64,000 nucleotides of DNA from Catajapyx aquilonaris (taxonomy: Eukaryota), in contig KZ538868.1 in the NCBI GenBank assembly GCA_000934665.2, positions 124,001 to 188,000 on the forward strand, written 5' to 3'. This document shows, in pieces, positions 12,401 through 27,100 of this stretch (within the stretch, counting starts at the first letter, position 1; each line of letters begins with the position of its first letter). The notes under the pieces are model-generated. The model saw only the letters and a list, made by a program, of their open reading frames with translations, searched no databases and was not told the origin of the DNA. Both the position numbers and the translations under genes were made by a program.

Positions 12401-15400
12401 GGCGGCAGACAGCACCCAAGTTTTTCTCATTGCTTATAGTTTGCGGAAGGTCTGACCACCGGAGAAGAAAATAACGAATGGGTGTCTGGGGAGGCCGTTT
12501 TATTCGCGATTCTTTCCATTCGGATCCAAGGACGGGCATGAAAATAATGTGATACCCATTATTTGTGGGTGACATCTGAAAGAAAGTTTTTTTTTCCCGA
12601 ACACCAATGTTGCGAAACTGTTTGCAACGCACATGCGGCGCATGGTTTATTTATCTTGGTTTGCGTAATGTTCGACCCTACTTAATCCCGGTTGTTTATG
12701 CCCGTAAGACACCAACCTTCAACAGTGTTACATACGGGTCATGCTACGCCTGTCGCACACAATATATGGCATGGTTTGTGCTATGATATCTGGAGTATAG
12801 TGTCAGCGGGTAAAGGGCATGCTCATTACCCTTGGTGATGTTGACGCCTTTGCCACGAGTTTGAGATAAAACGGTGCATGGGCGTTCTAATTTGGATGAC
12901 GGAAGTAGCATTGAAGGATCCTTCGTCTTCATTTTGGCTCATCACATTCCTAGGAGGACTCGTTGCTGTTCTTACGTAAAGATCCCAGCTTTTCGTTGCG
13001 CAACTATTTACTCTTCTCGTCTTACGTGCTGCACTATTAAGTAATATCTTCGACTCTTGCATCAGGAGTTATGGACTGTTCTTCTTCATTTTTCAGTCTC
13101 CCTGGAGCAGCACCAGTAGCTACTCAAGTTCCAGAAGCACTGGTAGCAGCTATTCCAGTACAAGGAGTGCCTCGAAGGTATTTTTTTTTATTAGTCATCG
13201 AACCGATTCTTCAAATATTTCCTAGGATATGACATGTATAGTTATCATGAGGGTGAATGATCGGCAAGTTCTGGAATTTTGTTTTCTTTGCATTCCCCAG
13301 CTCGTATTTCTGAAATTCGTTTGGCTGTTGCCAATTGTTGCGCCAGATTCTCCCCATAATTTTCCAGAGGCTGTGAAACTGCCACCAACCTTGGGTGTTG
13401 CGTAGCCGGAGTGGGTTGCAAGGGAGGGCGTATAGCCTAGACTGGTTTTATTCCCCGCTTCCTAATTATCCCGCAGGACATATGCCAGAAGCTAATTCAT
13501 TTAGCTTGCGCTTATAGTGCACGACCTTATTTGATAATTAACAGCAGGAGTGAGATTGATTGATGAAAATAGTTAAGTGCAAGCTGGAGCGTCATTTTAT
13601 ATTGTTTTATTACCGCAAAAGGAAATGTTCACACGGTCTTTTATGGCTTAATGAGAGAGTAGAAAAGTTGAGCGATAAGTTGATAATTGTAGCCTACAGG
13701 TTTTTCTGTGCACGATCTTTTGAGTCAAATATAACCAACATCACCATTTGATTTGGCAACAGGATGCGGGGTATTCGTCAAGTAGCCTTCTTCGAGGAGG
13801 GTCTTCTTCGTCGTGCGGAAGTAACTACCGTTCTTCCTACTCGGGAGGATCGTTAGCCGGCAGCAGCAGCCTGTTGGGAAGCTCCTCCTACAGGCCAACC
13901 TCCACTTATTCCTCTGGCAGCAGCTATGGATTGGGGGCCACTAAAGAGCGCTCTCTGTCTCGAGACCGACTGGGAACCAGCGGCTCCAGATATTCGTCTT
14001 CGGAGAAGATCTCAGGTATATACACGTGTTTAAGAATTGAGCTCACATCTCGATTGGTAAGAATCTCATTTCTGGATAGATTTGGAAAAAAGCCGTATCT
14101 GAAATATACGAGATGTGGCAAAGAGTCACATTGATCATTGGAAAGCCCATTGGATGAGCTTTCTAATATGCACATGTTTCCAAGCCACTCGTTCGCGAGA
14201 TTCTTAATTTCTTATCGATGCGGATGTGAGCACACAGTTTGTTGGACGTATACAGTGCGGGTGTTGCAATAATAGTTTCGGTTGGTGTAGCTTTGGGCGA
14301 GAAGGATAAGGACCATGCCAAGTCCAGCAATTCGTACCTGTCCAACTATACGCGTCACCTGTCACTGAAGGATACTGACAGGCTCTCGTCGCCTTCCACC
14401 TCCTCGTACGGGTCATCCTCGTCATACCGATTGTACGGGCGCGGTACCAGCAGCAGCCGCGCGCCAGTTGGCGACGAGCCCTCCTCGTCATCGACCACGT
14501 CATCTAGACCCAGCAGCATCTGTTACTCCAGGAGCAGTAGCCGAGACGTGAGCAAGCCCTCCGAGGCTGCTCCTGAGACTTCCTCTGCTTCGACAGCCAC
14601 CAGCAGCAGCACCGGAAGCTCTTACCTGCGCTACTCGTCCGCGTCCAAGAGTGAACCCTCATGTTCTTCGACGCTCAGGTCAAGCAGGCTCAGCACCTCG
14701 GCGTCTCGGAAGGCGGAACAGCAGGAGGAATCTGCTGGGAAGAAGGCAGGAGGCAAAGAAGACCAAGGGGACAATGAAGAGGAGGTGCGGGTTGTGAGCA
14801 GGGCCACCTCACCCCGCTGCCCAGCCCACTCCAATAAGGCCAGTGAGAACCTTCCTGAAGAAGTTGTCAAAAGGAATAAGGCTAACAAGCCATCGACGGC
14901 ACATAAGGAGGTGCAGGCAAGTCCAACGGACGAACCGGAAGGTCGGCAGTCGAGATACGGCAATTTTTACTCCACCAGGACTTCATCTTCGTACTTGGAC
15001 AGGTTAGTACAGTGCAGTTAATTTTTAATTAACAGGCAATAGTAAGCTAGTAATTAAATTAGACTTGTGTTTTGTGACAGATGTGAATTGTAATGCATTA
15101 TTCATCCTTAGAATTGTCATGAGGTAGCATAGTCTATTGCTAGTCACATTGCCAAAAGTCATTGTTGTCCATTGTGACGTTTCTCCCATTCACAAGGTTG
15201 AGTATATTGCACACGAAAATCTTATAGTGAAATACCTTGTGCATGACCTTCACATTCTTATTTGTGAAACAATATGAGTCAGAGTCCATTTCGCAACATC
15301 AGGGCATGTTTCCACTTGCCAAAAAAGAGTCACAGTACTTCTTTCCGCAAATATTTTGCCACGTGCATTTTCCCCTACGTTTAAAACCTACTTACAAAAA

Positions 15401-18400
15401 AAAAATTCTCTCGATTGTTAGGTACTCCTGCAGCCCCCTTAGCAGATACACTTCACGATATGGCAGTGGATCTTCCTCTTATTCGTCCAGCATAGGACGC
15501 AGTGACAGTAAATCCGAAGTAACCAAGAAGAAGGTTGAATCTCCAGAAGTTTCAACACCCACCACTCCCACGACCCCTGCTCCGACTACCACCACCACCA
15601 CCACCACACCTACTACCACTGCAACAACTACCACTAGCGTGCCTCAACCACCTTCTCCAACCCCCAGTAAAAAGACAAAATCTGCTACAGCCACCACCAC
15701 TTCTCCAACTACCACTACTACAACAACCACCACAACTACCGCCACTAACGGTCCAAGTCCTCTGGCCAAAAGCAAGACCACGACTTCAGGTATTCCTCCC
15801 GTGCCTACATCTCCAAAAGCAGCACCTGCCTCAGGAACTAAAAAATCGACCAAGAAGAAGAGTGCATCGGGCAAGTCCCTCTCGTCTAGCAGCGGTGACG
15901 AGTCGTCCTCCCGGTCTGCATCAAAGACTCAGACTTCGGGAAGTAAGAAGAACTCGATCCAGCCTCCACCTGAAACAACCCCTGCTGTTCCCGTCAGTGA
16001 AGTTACCAGCAAGAAGCCACCGAAGAAGCCTGGTATCTCTTCGGCCGTGTTGGGTATGGCCAACAAAGAGTTCCGGAAGAGTGTCCTGAACCTGGACTTG
16101 GGAGGGAAGGAGGCGGAGGAATTCAGAAGAAAACAGGAGGAACTGCGAGAGGCCCAGCTCAAAGCCAAGAAAGATAAGAAGTTTCGCAGTGCTTCTACCA
16201 ATCAAATACAAGACGTCATTAATGGCCTGAAGCCAGCCAAAAAGAAGACTCAGAATGAGAACAAATCAGACCTTCAGAACAGCTCTTCCGTGGGGAAGAT
16301 GACCAACAACAAGAATGCATTGACCAAAATTCCTACTCGAAGCAGCAGCAAAGCCTCGATGACCAATGGTGTTTCTAGGGTGTCCAGTGGGTCAGACCGA
16401 ACCCGAATGAGCTCCAGTCAGGACGACGAGTCTGAAAGCAGCTCACCCAGTAGTAGTTCCAGCAGCAGCAGCTCCAGCAGCGACGAAGATGAGGAAGTTG
16501 ACGAGGAAACACCTTCCCAGAAGGCACAACAGAGTCAGCAACAATCTCCTCAACGAAGCAAGCTGCCTAGGAGCCAGAATGGTTCCAGACGAAGCAGTGT
16601 CAAGTCCAGCAGGAGCAGTTGCTCTTCTCTGGACAAGGAAGAAACTGGACAACAGGAAACCTCTGGTGTTGCGTCTCCCAAACCGAAGCAGACATCCTTC
16701 TTGTCCAGAGCCATCCAGGCTGCCAGTGGAGTGTTATCTTGGCCACGAAGACAAGAATCGGGACAAAGAGAGTGGTGGCTTGCAAGCTGCGATGATGTGG
16801 CAGGCGCTGCTAAGAATCAGGTAGATATTATGGATTTATTTTTACCAATTTAAAAGTTACTGACGCCTACTTCTTCTAGAAGGCGTCTGACTCTCCTACT
16901 ACATCAAAGACCAAAAGTGGAAAGGATGCTGCAGATTCTTCCGAGTCCTCTTCTGAGGAGGTATTACAGCCCACCCTGAGTTATACTTCGAATGAAATAC
17001 ATTGTTGCATCACTTATTTCAGTCATCTTCTGAAGACGATGCTCCTGCCAGTCAGGCCCAAAAGAAACCGCTTCCAAAGGCCGTTCTGGGAACCAGGACT
17101 AGCCCTGACGGCCTAGAGAGTCCTCCAACTGAGGTGCCACCTGTGAGCCAAAGACCTCCTCCATCTGCCAAAAAGGACAACCAAGCAGGTTCAAAAGGTA
17201 CGAATTTAGGCTTCTACATGTAACCTGCATATTTCTGACCCATGTCTTGATATACTTTTGTAATAAGGGATGGAACCGGCCTCACCAACCGATCCGAAAG
17301 CATCCGTTGGCGGAGTGGTTGCATCTCCATCCCAGAAGCGCGTGGGTGGCGGCCGTCCCAGACGTCAGAAGAATCTCAACCTGTTCATTGGGAACATGAC
17401 CAACATCGATGATATTTTGGGCAGCGTGTCACCAGTTAATGCTTTCGAGGCCATGCTGTCAGATGACGATCGCAAGGACTCACGCAGGGGTAAGCAGATT
17501 TACTTGCTGCATACTAAATTATTGCTATCTGATTTTAGAGGAATTATTTTCGTCACTTATGAGCACGTAACTTTTCACTAGCATGTTCAGCCAATTGGAA
17601 GTGGATGAAAGTGTGTGCAATAGAGGACAGTCCTTTTGATTAATAGCAGGAGTGTGCCCACCCAACAGCTTCATTGCACTTCTTGTACAGTCCATCCTGC
17701 TCTTATTCTATTGCTGAACCACTGGGCTTTGACCTCTCTCCAGGCTAACTATGATAGATGGGAGTCTGACAGACTGGGTAATTTGGCCCGTGGACAATCA
17801 CGACTGTCATCCCCAACCCCCTGGGGTGAGACAGACTCGCACAGTCGGCAGTTCTAATTTTGCCCAACGATTTTATAACCGTCACATTCTAGATTTTATG
17901 GAGGTGATGAGGTCAGTGGTACCGAGCATATCTCTTGGTGGCAAGTCCCAGTGGTGGGATAGAAATAGTTATTGAAACAGGTTTCAGCATCTTTTGACAT
18001 ATAATTGGAAATTCATCGCAATTCAACACTAGAATTATTGATGATTCCCTTCAGCCTAACATTGGTAGATAATACTTTTGTTAGTCACTAAAAATAAGCG
18101 ACCTAGTGCAAAATCGTTAAAATGTTTCAATAGGAACACCCTGGTGCATATGTAATGGGGGATTTTCCATACAGCTCGCACTAAAAAAAGTGTTTCGACT
18201 TGCAAATTATGTCGCTTGCTTTGTACAAGTTCGTCGTAACATTAAAACTGAATTTCATTGCCTTAGTCATATTCCAAGTAAGATCCGGCTGAGGTTGTTC
18301 GGAAATAGATTCCGGCGTTTCTTTTGTGGGCGTAGGAAATCATTTGTTGGAATCTTGGAGCATAAGTGTGCGTAATTGTGACGTAAAACATGGCGTAGTG

Positions 18401-19178
18401 AGGGTGATTTTAAAAGATTTCGGTAGTTTTACATACAGCTATAAAATAACACCCGCTGGTCTGATTTTATGCAAAAATTCTAATTTTGAATTGTTAAAAT
18501 TATCTCATCCCATCATCAAGTGATATCTAAGTTAAGGAAAACAGCTCTCCATTGCAACTGTCACGCCTCGCTGACCTGCTATGTGAAATAATTTATTGTC
18601 CGTTTTATTGTACGAGCGAAATTGTTTTTGTGGAGTGTTACATTTATAAATGTGACTCCGAACGCAAAGAGCGAAGAGCTAGGCCATGGGGAACGTTCCA
18701 GGTGACACACCATGACTCACGTGTCAAGCTTAGTCTGTTCTGCTCGATGACGGAAAGACCTTGTTTCTGTAATGTGGCAACCAAAATATTGCACGCCTAA
18801 TTGACCAAACGATTTGTTTACTGCATTTCAGGAGGTCATTTCCTTAAATTCCATGAATATTTATTATGGTTGTCCATCTGATAATAATTGACTTGTGTTA
18901 TCATGGATAACAGTCCTTTTAGACTTTTAGTGCTTGTAGTGTGAGATTTTGAGCACGATTTAAGTTTGCATTATTAGTTGATTCTATCCGATTACCACGG
19001 CTTACATTTTTATCTAGGATCAAAAGCAAGTCAAGGATCCAGCTCAGGCTCCAGCTCAGCTGTAGAAGTGGATGCAGCTTCGGTGAAAATTCACGACAGC
19101 ACTGCCCAAAAGCCAGTTTTGCAGAGATTCAGCAAAGATGGCACAGTTTTCCCCGCCCGTAGAAAATCTGCAGGAAAG
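9472..19178 (+). CDS. Fhos: Alternative long N-terminal coding exons of the FHOD/Fhos formin (~1036 aa, Ser/Thr/Lys-rich low complexity): 9472-9495, 13097-13177, 13763-14015, 14291-15002, 15422-16820, 16880-16960, 17023-17197, 17268-17489, 19018-19178
   Basis: Nine GT-AG exons chain without a stop and end in phase 0 (…RRKSAGK|gtgagc), matching the phase-0 FHOD exon at 24812 ([15 protein letters not shown]). No terminal exon of their own was found. The first exon (MSFRTGYS|gtgagt) is the least certain. Confidence 0.7.
15550..15745 (+). repeat. Coding ACN-rich low-complexity tract (poly-Thr/Pro)
   Basis: acc/act/aca runs encode TPTTPTTPAPTTTTTTTTPTTTATTTT...SPTTTTTTTTTTTAT. Confidence 0.85.
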
Positions 19179-21169
19179 GTGAGCTTGCTAAATCCAGTAT
19201 GTGCTCTCTTTACATAGGCCTGTTCCTTATTAGATAATGCAGTAATGTCAAGCCTGTCATGTGACAACAAGATCCACTTGTTATAGTCAGATTATAATGA
19301 TTTATAAAGACACGTACAGTATACAGTGACAAGCTTGTGATATAGTGTATAAGGTTCATGGCAGGATGCAGGTACTGGGTACATCGAAAACATACGTAGA
19401 AATAATGTATTATAGGCACATATGTTAGGAAACTCGTGAAGGATATGACGCAACTGTGTGGCAGGGAAGCTTCCTGACTGCTGTCGCAGTCCTGTGAACA
19501 GTTTCCTTTGCAGCTAAGGAGCAGTAATTGATTCAAATGTGACAAGGGCTCTAATTCGTCCAGACCCAGAAGCTGAGATGCGAGGGGACGTTAAGAAAAA
19601 CCGTTTGAAATGATGATCTTTATACTGCACTACGTACTGTACTTAGCTGATAGTTGGGAATTTATCATGGCCAGACAACAGTGTTCAATTAAAAAATATA
19701 TAGTTTAAAAACATTTGTTATCAATAGGTTCCCCTTTGTGGTTTTAATCTGTAAATTGTAGACTAGTGATTCATGAGCTGACTAATCCGCAATCTGAATA
19801 CGAAACCTAGACATCCGCACTGCAGCCGGCAGCTTAAATTATACTAGATTAGGATACACGGAGGTTCACTTACGCACTTGACAAGCTTACATCGTCTTAC
19901 ACTGCGCTACAAAAATCTGTGCCGTAGATTTATAAAAATTTTATGCTTATACACGAGCAGTGTGACACAGCGACAGCTCATCTTATCCAGTACAACCTGA
20001 CCTCGACTAGGCACATGAAACATTAACAACCCCCCTTTTAAGTTGCTTTAGCGCCTTAAGTAATGAACCACACTTTAATGAAGATTAAATTACTCGCTGT
20101 TATCGTTTAGTAGAAATAACCAGTTGCCTTACCTGATGACCTTACCTGCGTGATTTAAGCAACAATAAGTGGTATAATTAAAAGTTATGGCACAAGCAAT
20201 GAGCAATGCAATGTAAACAATCGTGAGTTGCACATAGTTGTCCATAGGATGAACCCTGCAGCAAGGTCATTTGCCAGGAGCAAATCTACACACTATCTCT
20301 ACACGTATAAGCAATGAAGGCATACCATGCAGCTGTTCAAGATAAGATGGAAATGCTGCAGGCTACTGAGCCGTACATATATACATTTTTCTATTGGATG
20401 GTAAGGTCATTTTTTAATCTGGCTTTTATAGCCTATTGAATTACCAAAAGTAATATTAGTGTTGACGCATCGTCTGTCACTACGTCCTTTTTACGGCAAT
20501 TTGCGGCTGGTACTTTCAATCACGATTTATACTTTCTTTCGACTGAAATGACTGAAATTTGGGGGGGGAGTGAGCAGGGCCAAGACTTGCAATTGTGGAA
20601 TTTGAGGTTTTCGAGGCGTGTCACGCCGGCTTCAAGGCCCCTGAAGCCAAGTGCCATTCAGGTGGCGTCCCTTTCCTTTACGTCGCCGGATCATTCCAAA
20701 GCCCGTACACTCAGTCGTAAAGGTCTAACGTCCTTGTAGCTCTAAACAAAGATGTAATTTATTCTGAAAAAATCACACCAGGGACCACCACTGCTACACT
20801 CATGGCCAGTAATATATGGGAACTGAAGTAGGAACATGTCGCCAATACAAACAAACTACAAATAACCCACGAATTTGGGGGAATTCATCGGTCGTGTAAA
20901 CTTAGCCGGATAATATGTTGCTGGAAGATTTCCCGGATACTGTAGCCGGCTGGTAGTGTTGTTGAGGTTTTTCCCGGTTTCTCCCCTGTTTTTCCCTCCG
21001 GATAATAGAAGTGGGGCTGGAGTGGTTGGGGGTGTAGCGGGGTGGAGCAGACGGGGGTAAGCCGCGTGGGACAGGCTGTTGAGCAGTCAGTGTAGTCCAG
21101 CCCAGGCTGGCAGCAACACTGCCGGGTAGTGCCGGTCATTTGAGTGTGAGTGTACGGGCAGTATGCAAA

Positions 21170-24100
21170 ATGGATGTGTTGACATGTCGCGTTCAGTATC
21201 TGAACGACATGGATCCATTCGTGTGTTCCACCGTGTTTCCGGAACCCACCAGGCCGCCACTGTATTCATTCAGCCTGAGTCTGCCCCTCATCAATCAAGT
21301 AGCATCGGTACACCGTATTCTTCGAGCACCACATCGGGTGAGTCTTGGGCAACGTGGCTTGTTTCAAGGAGGATTCCAAACCCTCTCCTCCCTCACCTGG
21401 GCAACCTACCGACCAACCTACCTACCTACCTACTCCTACTCTTTTTTCTCCGGTCATCAACTCCCAAGATCAGCCCGTTTTCAAGGACGATCAGCGCAGG
21501 CCCCCCCTCTTCTTCTTAGACCATCCAAGAATTCCTGGACGATTATTCCGGGCCGATGGGGTTTCCATGTTCTGACAATCAGGTGTCATATTGGCACCCG
21601 GTGACACGGTGCTAATTTAGTTGACAGATGGCGGTGACATAATGTGCGCGGTGTCAATTAAGATTAGCGTCATAAGTGTCGTAGAGTTTGTACCATGGTC
21701 GTTCATGCCAATATCTGTGGCCAGCGACGATAAGGAAAAGATCAGTATGCGAACAGGAAAGATCTAATCAACGAGAAGTTGTTTTGATGTATGCCCACCT
21801 GGTAACAAATTTGGAGTAGGTCCCGGACAGGTGTGGGTGACAACGAGGAAACATTTCGTCGATTGAAATAAACCATTCTAATATGGTTACATAACCGTGA
21901 TGTCATTCGAAATGAGTGGTATTTAACCCTGAAAATTTGCGGGTGCCACGAACAATAGCCGTAATTTGTGCCAATTGATCAGATTAGTTTCGGGTTTCTT
22001 ACTGGATGCGGAAGATATTGGCAAGGCGTTGCATGATTGTGCAAAGGAAAAAAAAAAGTGCGAGAGGATCAGAGACCCTGCCTCAAGCCTGATTCTCTTG
22101 TCTGAAGAGATGCTTTGGGCGCGGGCTTTGACCTCCAACCCACTCGGCCCATGATTCTGCTTTGGGTCCCAGGTTGTTCTAACCGATAACCAAACAGCAT
22201 CCAGCTCTGGAGCTGGTGGTTTGGCCCAGGGCATTGCACCACGGGCACATGGCCCCCATTTACTCCTAATTTATTATTTCCCAGAGTGTCACTAGGAAAA
22301 CTCGGAAATAGTAACTCTCCGGTGAATATTTAAAACGGGGCCGTACATGTCGGTTGCATATTTTATGACTTCCCTAACTTCCCACCTCTCTTTGTAATTT
22401 TTATGCGTTGCCTGTGCTTATGCAATGCCGCCGCTTTTATTTGCATCGTTAGTCGCCGTACAGTACAGAAAGCATAAGACCAACAGGTACCATGACGGCA
22501 TTTCTAAGACTGATGAAGAACAATGAGCCGGTGGCTCCCTGGAGTGATTTCTTAAGAATTTTTTTTTGCGTGGCTGCTGGTCCAAAAAATTCTTTTTCTG
22601 TGTCTGGTGGTGGAGAAGAGCTTGGTTGACTTCATCTATTCGAGGCTCTCAAGGTTGTGCGAATAGGAACCCGCCCCGCCCCGAAATTGGTCCAGGACGC
22701 TGACTAAGCCCGGTTCTGATCCTGAGCCAAGTGTGGTCGCCAAACTTTTGCCAGAAGGTCCTCACCTCCTTCCTGTCTATTTCCGGGATGACATGCACAC
22801 CAATAAGCACAATGACATGTGACTCACTATAATGTTACACAGCTCCTGGAGACAATGGGGATTACACCCGTGCTCGACATGTTTGGACATGTAAGCAACG
22901 ATGCGATGAGGCAATCAATGACAATAGGAACATGCTTTCGTGACGTTGTATGTGTATGTGTAGGAAGGAGGCAGGGGCAGGGCGTGGTGGCAACTCAAGA
23001 TCACAAATCTGCTTCTATATCGTGCGGTGCAAAAGTATGGTCCGATGGACCAGTTTGATTTGCGCGACTCAGGCGTGCAGCTTTTTCTCATGGAGACTAG
23101 TCATGGGGGTGTGCATCTGCAATCATGCGCACGAATTTGTCCTACTCTGCTCAGATTGTGAAGTGTCACCTCTGGGGAAAATTAGTCTGGAGGTGCACAA
23201 TGGCTAATGTGTGTGTTTAAATGGTCGCCTTCTTCTGAACGAGTAAACATTACAAGCTAATAATAGAGTGGAGTCGGAGCGCTACAAAAGCTATTTTGCC
23301 GACTGCTTTTTTTCTGTTCTTAGGTCTACTCGTTACAACCGTTGGGGCGTCCCATTCTCTGCTTCATGTCCTTTTGCTAGAGTCAGTCATGCAGAATTGT
23401 GCGGTGTTTTCGGTCGCTTTTCCACTCCATTGTGGTCGCCAGATCCTTGCTCGAGTCAGTGATAAATGATTTACTGGATATGCATTGACATTTGACTTGA
23501 TCATAAATTTCCACGCCTTTTTTGAAGGCTACCGGTCCTTGTTTGCGGGCTTGGAAAAAAGTGGGTGATATCATCTTCATTGGATAAGATAAATATGGGA
23601 TGCCGAACTGTTTTTTATTAGAACTGGATATCGTATGATCGTGAATTCCTAGAACAGTATTATCTCCTGAAAGAGGATTTTCTAATTAGACGGCTTGGCT
23701 GTGTATAACCGGATTGTGAGTCATTTCTTATGCGATAACATAAATCTCGGTGGATATGACTTCAACAAAGGGGCACCGGGGTCATAGTTGATAGTCGGGG
23801 GTCAAAGGAGGCAGAACTCCGGTAATAACTTGCAAGTAACTCGCAGTATTGCGTACGACAGCCGCTCGGCAAATAATGTACAATACAATATCGTATCCAT
23901 ACGGACTTCCGCAATCTTATATGAGCAGTGAACCTGTTCAACTAGCTGTTGGCCCCTATTCGCATTGAAGGTCAATGTAAAAGACACTTTTTTTGCCCTC
24001 GATCTTGCGGAAAAGTGATCCTGCCTTGGAGTTGAATATGGTCATCGAGGTGCACCATACAATAATACGAATACTCAGAGTGTATACCAAAGGTATTTGC

Positions 24101-27100
24101 CATTGAACTGTCGAAGGTTCAAGTATTTGAAGTAGCAATCTAACGGACTGCATTGTTCTATAGTGTGCAGTGTCACTCGAGTATATGGGTTATAAAGTAA
24201 TAATAAATGTGCTGTAGCAGCATGTTACGATGCTTTATGCAAGCTATTATGCTACACACATGAGTGCATCATCCTTCATTTCTTTTCATTCATATCTGGC
24301 CATATACCTACAAAACAACCTGCGTATATCTCGGGAATGCTGTAAACAAGGAGATGAGGAACAGAAAGTTTGACGAAATGCGTGGAATGGGGAAAAACCA
24401 CTTCCGGCGAGCGAGGCCATGTGGTCTTTCGAAAGAAGGTCGTACACGGTAGTATTTGTAGAGCAAGTCCGTACCGGTGTAACTCGACATAACGAACGCC
24501 TTTTAGCTCCAGGGCATCGCAGTAGTCGATCAGGCGTCGGAAGAAGAGGTCACCAGAGCGACCTTTCCCAGGCCTTCTCATCCAGTTCCTAACTGTACTT
24601 AAACGTGCACAATTTCATGGAAATTGTCGTTTTATTAGATCACTGGTGTGGAAAACTGACGAGAGAGATCTAGGACGTGCAAGTTAGTGATTTCCATCGT
24701 GTGAATAGGCAAAAAAAAATCGCAGGCACGAGCGTGATTGTTGTTGTTACTTTTTAAGAAGCAGTGGGCGTGTACATGCATTGTTAACCCCCTTTTGTAT
24801 TTGCTCTGCAGCTGGATGACACAGCCCTTCAGCTGTACAAAGACGGAGACTACGGCACGTACTTGGACCTGGAGGCGTCGATTAGCGAGCAGCACGAAGA
24901 CTTCGAGGGCTTTCAGAACAAGTGAGTTAATCTCTTCAGCTTCTTGCATGAAATTTTCAGAGAGATAAATAGAAGCAATTAAGCCGTGAAGCACGTGTAG
25001 GCCCCGTTGCCAACTCCCATCCTTCCTTGTCATGGGGTCACCTGATGGAACCCATCATCCTGTTCCTGGCGCCATAAGTCATGTTAAACCAGAATTAAAC
25101 GTGTGCCAGTGTGTCAGTAAAGTGTTGTTTTTTTTCATTACAGCCGAAAGAATGCCATCGTGTTACGGACTCAACTATCGGTGCGGGTTCACACCATCAT
25201 CGGTGAGTTTGCGTGTCTGTTTTGCGCCCAGTTCCCAGAAGAGGAAGAGATGCTTCCCAACCAGAGTCTCGGGGAACCGGTCCAAACTTCTTGGGTCCTC
25301 CTCCACCCACCCAATCCTCCACCTTTCCTGATTCACCTGCTAAACAACAGATGCGGCCAATCAATTCATGAGGGAGGTAACTGCCGCCTCTAACACGGGG
25401 CTAAACGCAGTTCGTCTGCCGTACGTCTGGACGCGATGCTGATTGAGGACCTTGTAGGCGTCGCCTTTACCACCGAGGACCTTTGATTTATTAGTATGGG
25501 AGCAGGGTAGGGGACAAAGAATAGTTCAATGCGATGAGTCAGCAACCGAGGGGGATTTTGGGGCAGGACCACCCCTCTTTTGGGGGGGGGGGGGGGGGNC
25601 AATTTGATGACGTTGAGACAGTTGCGTGTCTTTTTGGGGGGAGAGACGATGAAATGTGCGTAGGTGGTGGGAGAACTGGAAGGCGTGAATCCCTGGAGCA
25701 TGGGAAATTAATTTCTCCTTGGAGTGTGGGAAAAGAATCCGCCTTGCACTGTCCCTTTTGGTACCCGTGGCAGGCCCGGGTGTCCCCCTCCACAACACCA
25801 CTCCCTTCCACCTGCCCAACACCCCCACCTTCTCAAGTCCACCTCAAGGTCTCAGTCCACCAAGCAGCTGTTCTTTACATGGGGGAAAGTGGATTTCACA
25901 TTTCTATGGGATGACAAATCAAAGGACGCTGAACCTATATGATGGGAAATCATTTGGGATATTTTCTTGTCATTTCAGAGAAGCTGCTCAATTCTGAAGG
26001 GAGGGACTTACGAAGGGCGCTCTTTTCTCTCAAGCAGATTTTCCAGGTATGTTGGGAGGAGTGATGTACAGGGTGCGTACTAAAGTCGTTTCAATTTTTT
26101 CAGGAGGACAAGGACTTGGTGCATGAGTTTGTGCAGAATGAGGGACTGGCGTGTCTTATGAAAGTGGGATCGGAGGCGGATCAAAATTATCAAAACTACA
26201 TATTGAGAGGCAAGTGTGTTGTCTTAGGTGGAGTATTGATGAGCAATGACAAGAAATCAGGGAAACAGATATATTGCATTTAATGTTATTTTTGATCAGT
26301 GAAGCACACCGAAAGTTATGTTTGACCTTGTGTAAATCCAGACTAACCTGCTTTTCAATGACATTATTTTCCTACTTTTAATGTATTATTTAGAAAGTGT
26401 GTGACTGGCCTTGATTATGCACATGTTCATCTCAACACCATGTGCAACTCATGTTTACTAACTAGTTTGTAACTCAAGGATTCTTCAAACTTTTCTCAAA
26501 CCAAAACAGTGGTTCTTTGCTGGGAATACCTCGTAACTCAATTTGGGCACCATAAATTTTGATATTGTTCGTCATGATTACACATTTTGATAGTGTTTAT
26601 TTGGTCCAGAAATGAACTTCCGATTTGGAGCTGTAACTTAGTCTTAGTGTGATAGTATGACGTAATGATATTGCATTTATCTATTTAGCTCTTCTTAAAA
26701 TTAAATAGGCAGTTACAGAGGGGTTACAAAATTGCTATCTCTGAAGAGACTCAGGGAAGATAGGTTTTGTCAGGGTTATATTGAGTTTTTAACACTGGAT
26801 AGTGTTACTCTGTATGCCTGGTTGGTTCTCTGTTTAGTACTGAAATGCACTGGGGAATACTGAAAGCACTGGAGTCAAATATGCATGAAAATGTGCACTG
26901 TAATTACTGCATAATGCATGGCATCTCCAAATGCAGATCTGGATACAATGAATATGAATAATTTCAGTCAATAAGGATACATCAGTTCCTACAACATAAT
27001 TATGATGATGAGACATGAATGTCAGGTAACAAAACATTGGCTGGCATGTGCGTATTACAAAATATCATAATACTGTATAGAGTATTGATAGTACCAAGAG

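Noticed and set aside
15237..16853. 538-aa ORF as a stand-alone mucin-like gene
   Set aside because: Bounded by splice sites (15422-16820) in phase with flanking exons and without a signal peptide; better explained as part of the long FHOD N-terminus.
25582..25599. Poly-G run ending in N
   Set aside because: Intronic homopolymer with a sequencing ambiguity, not a feature.
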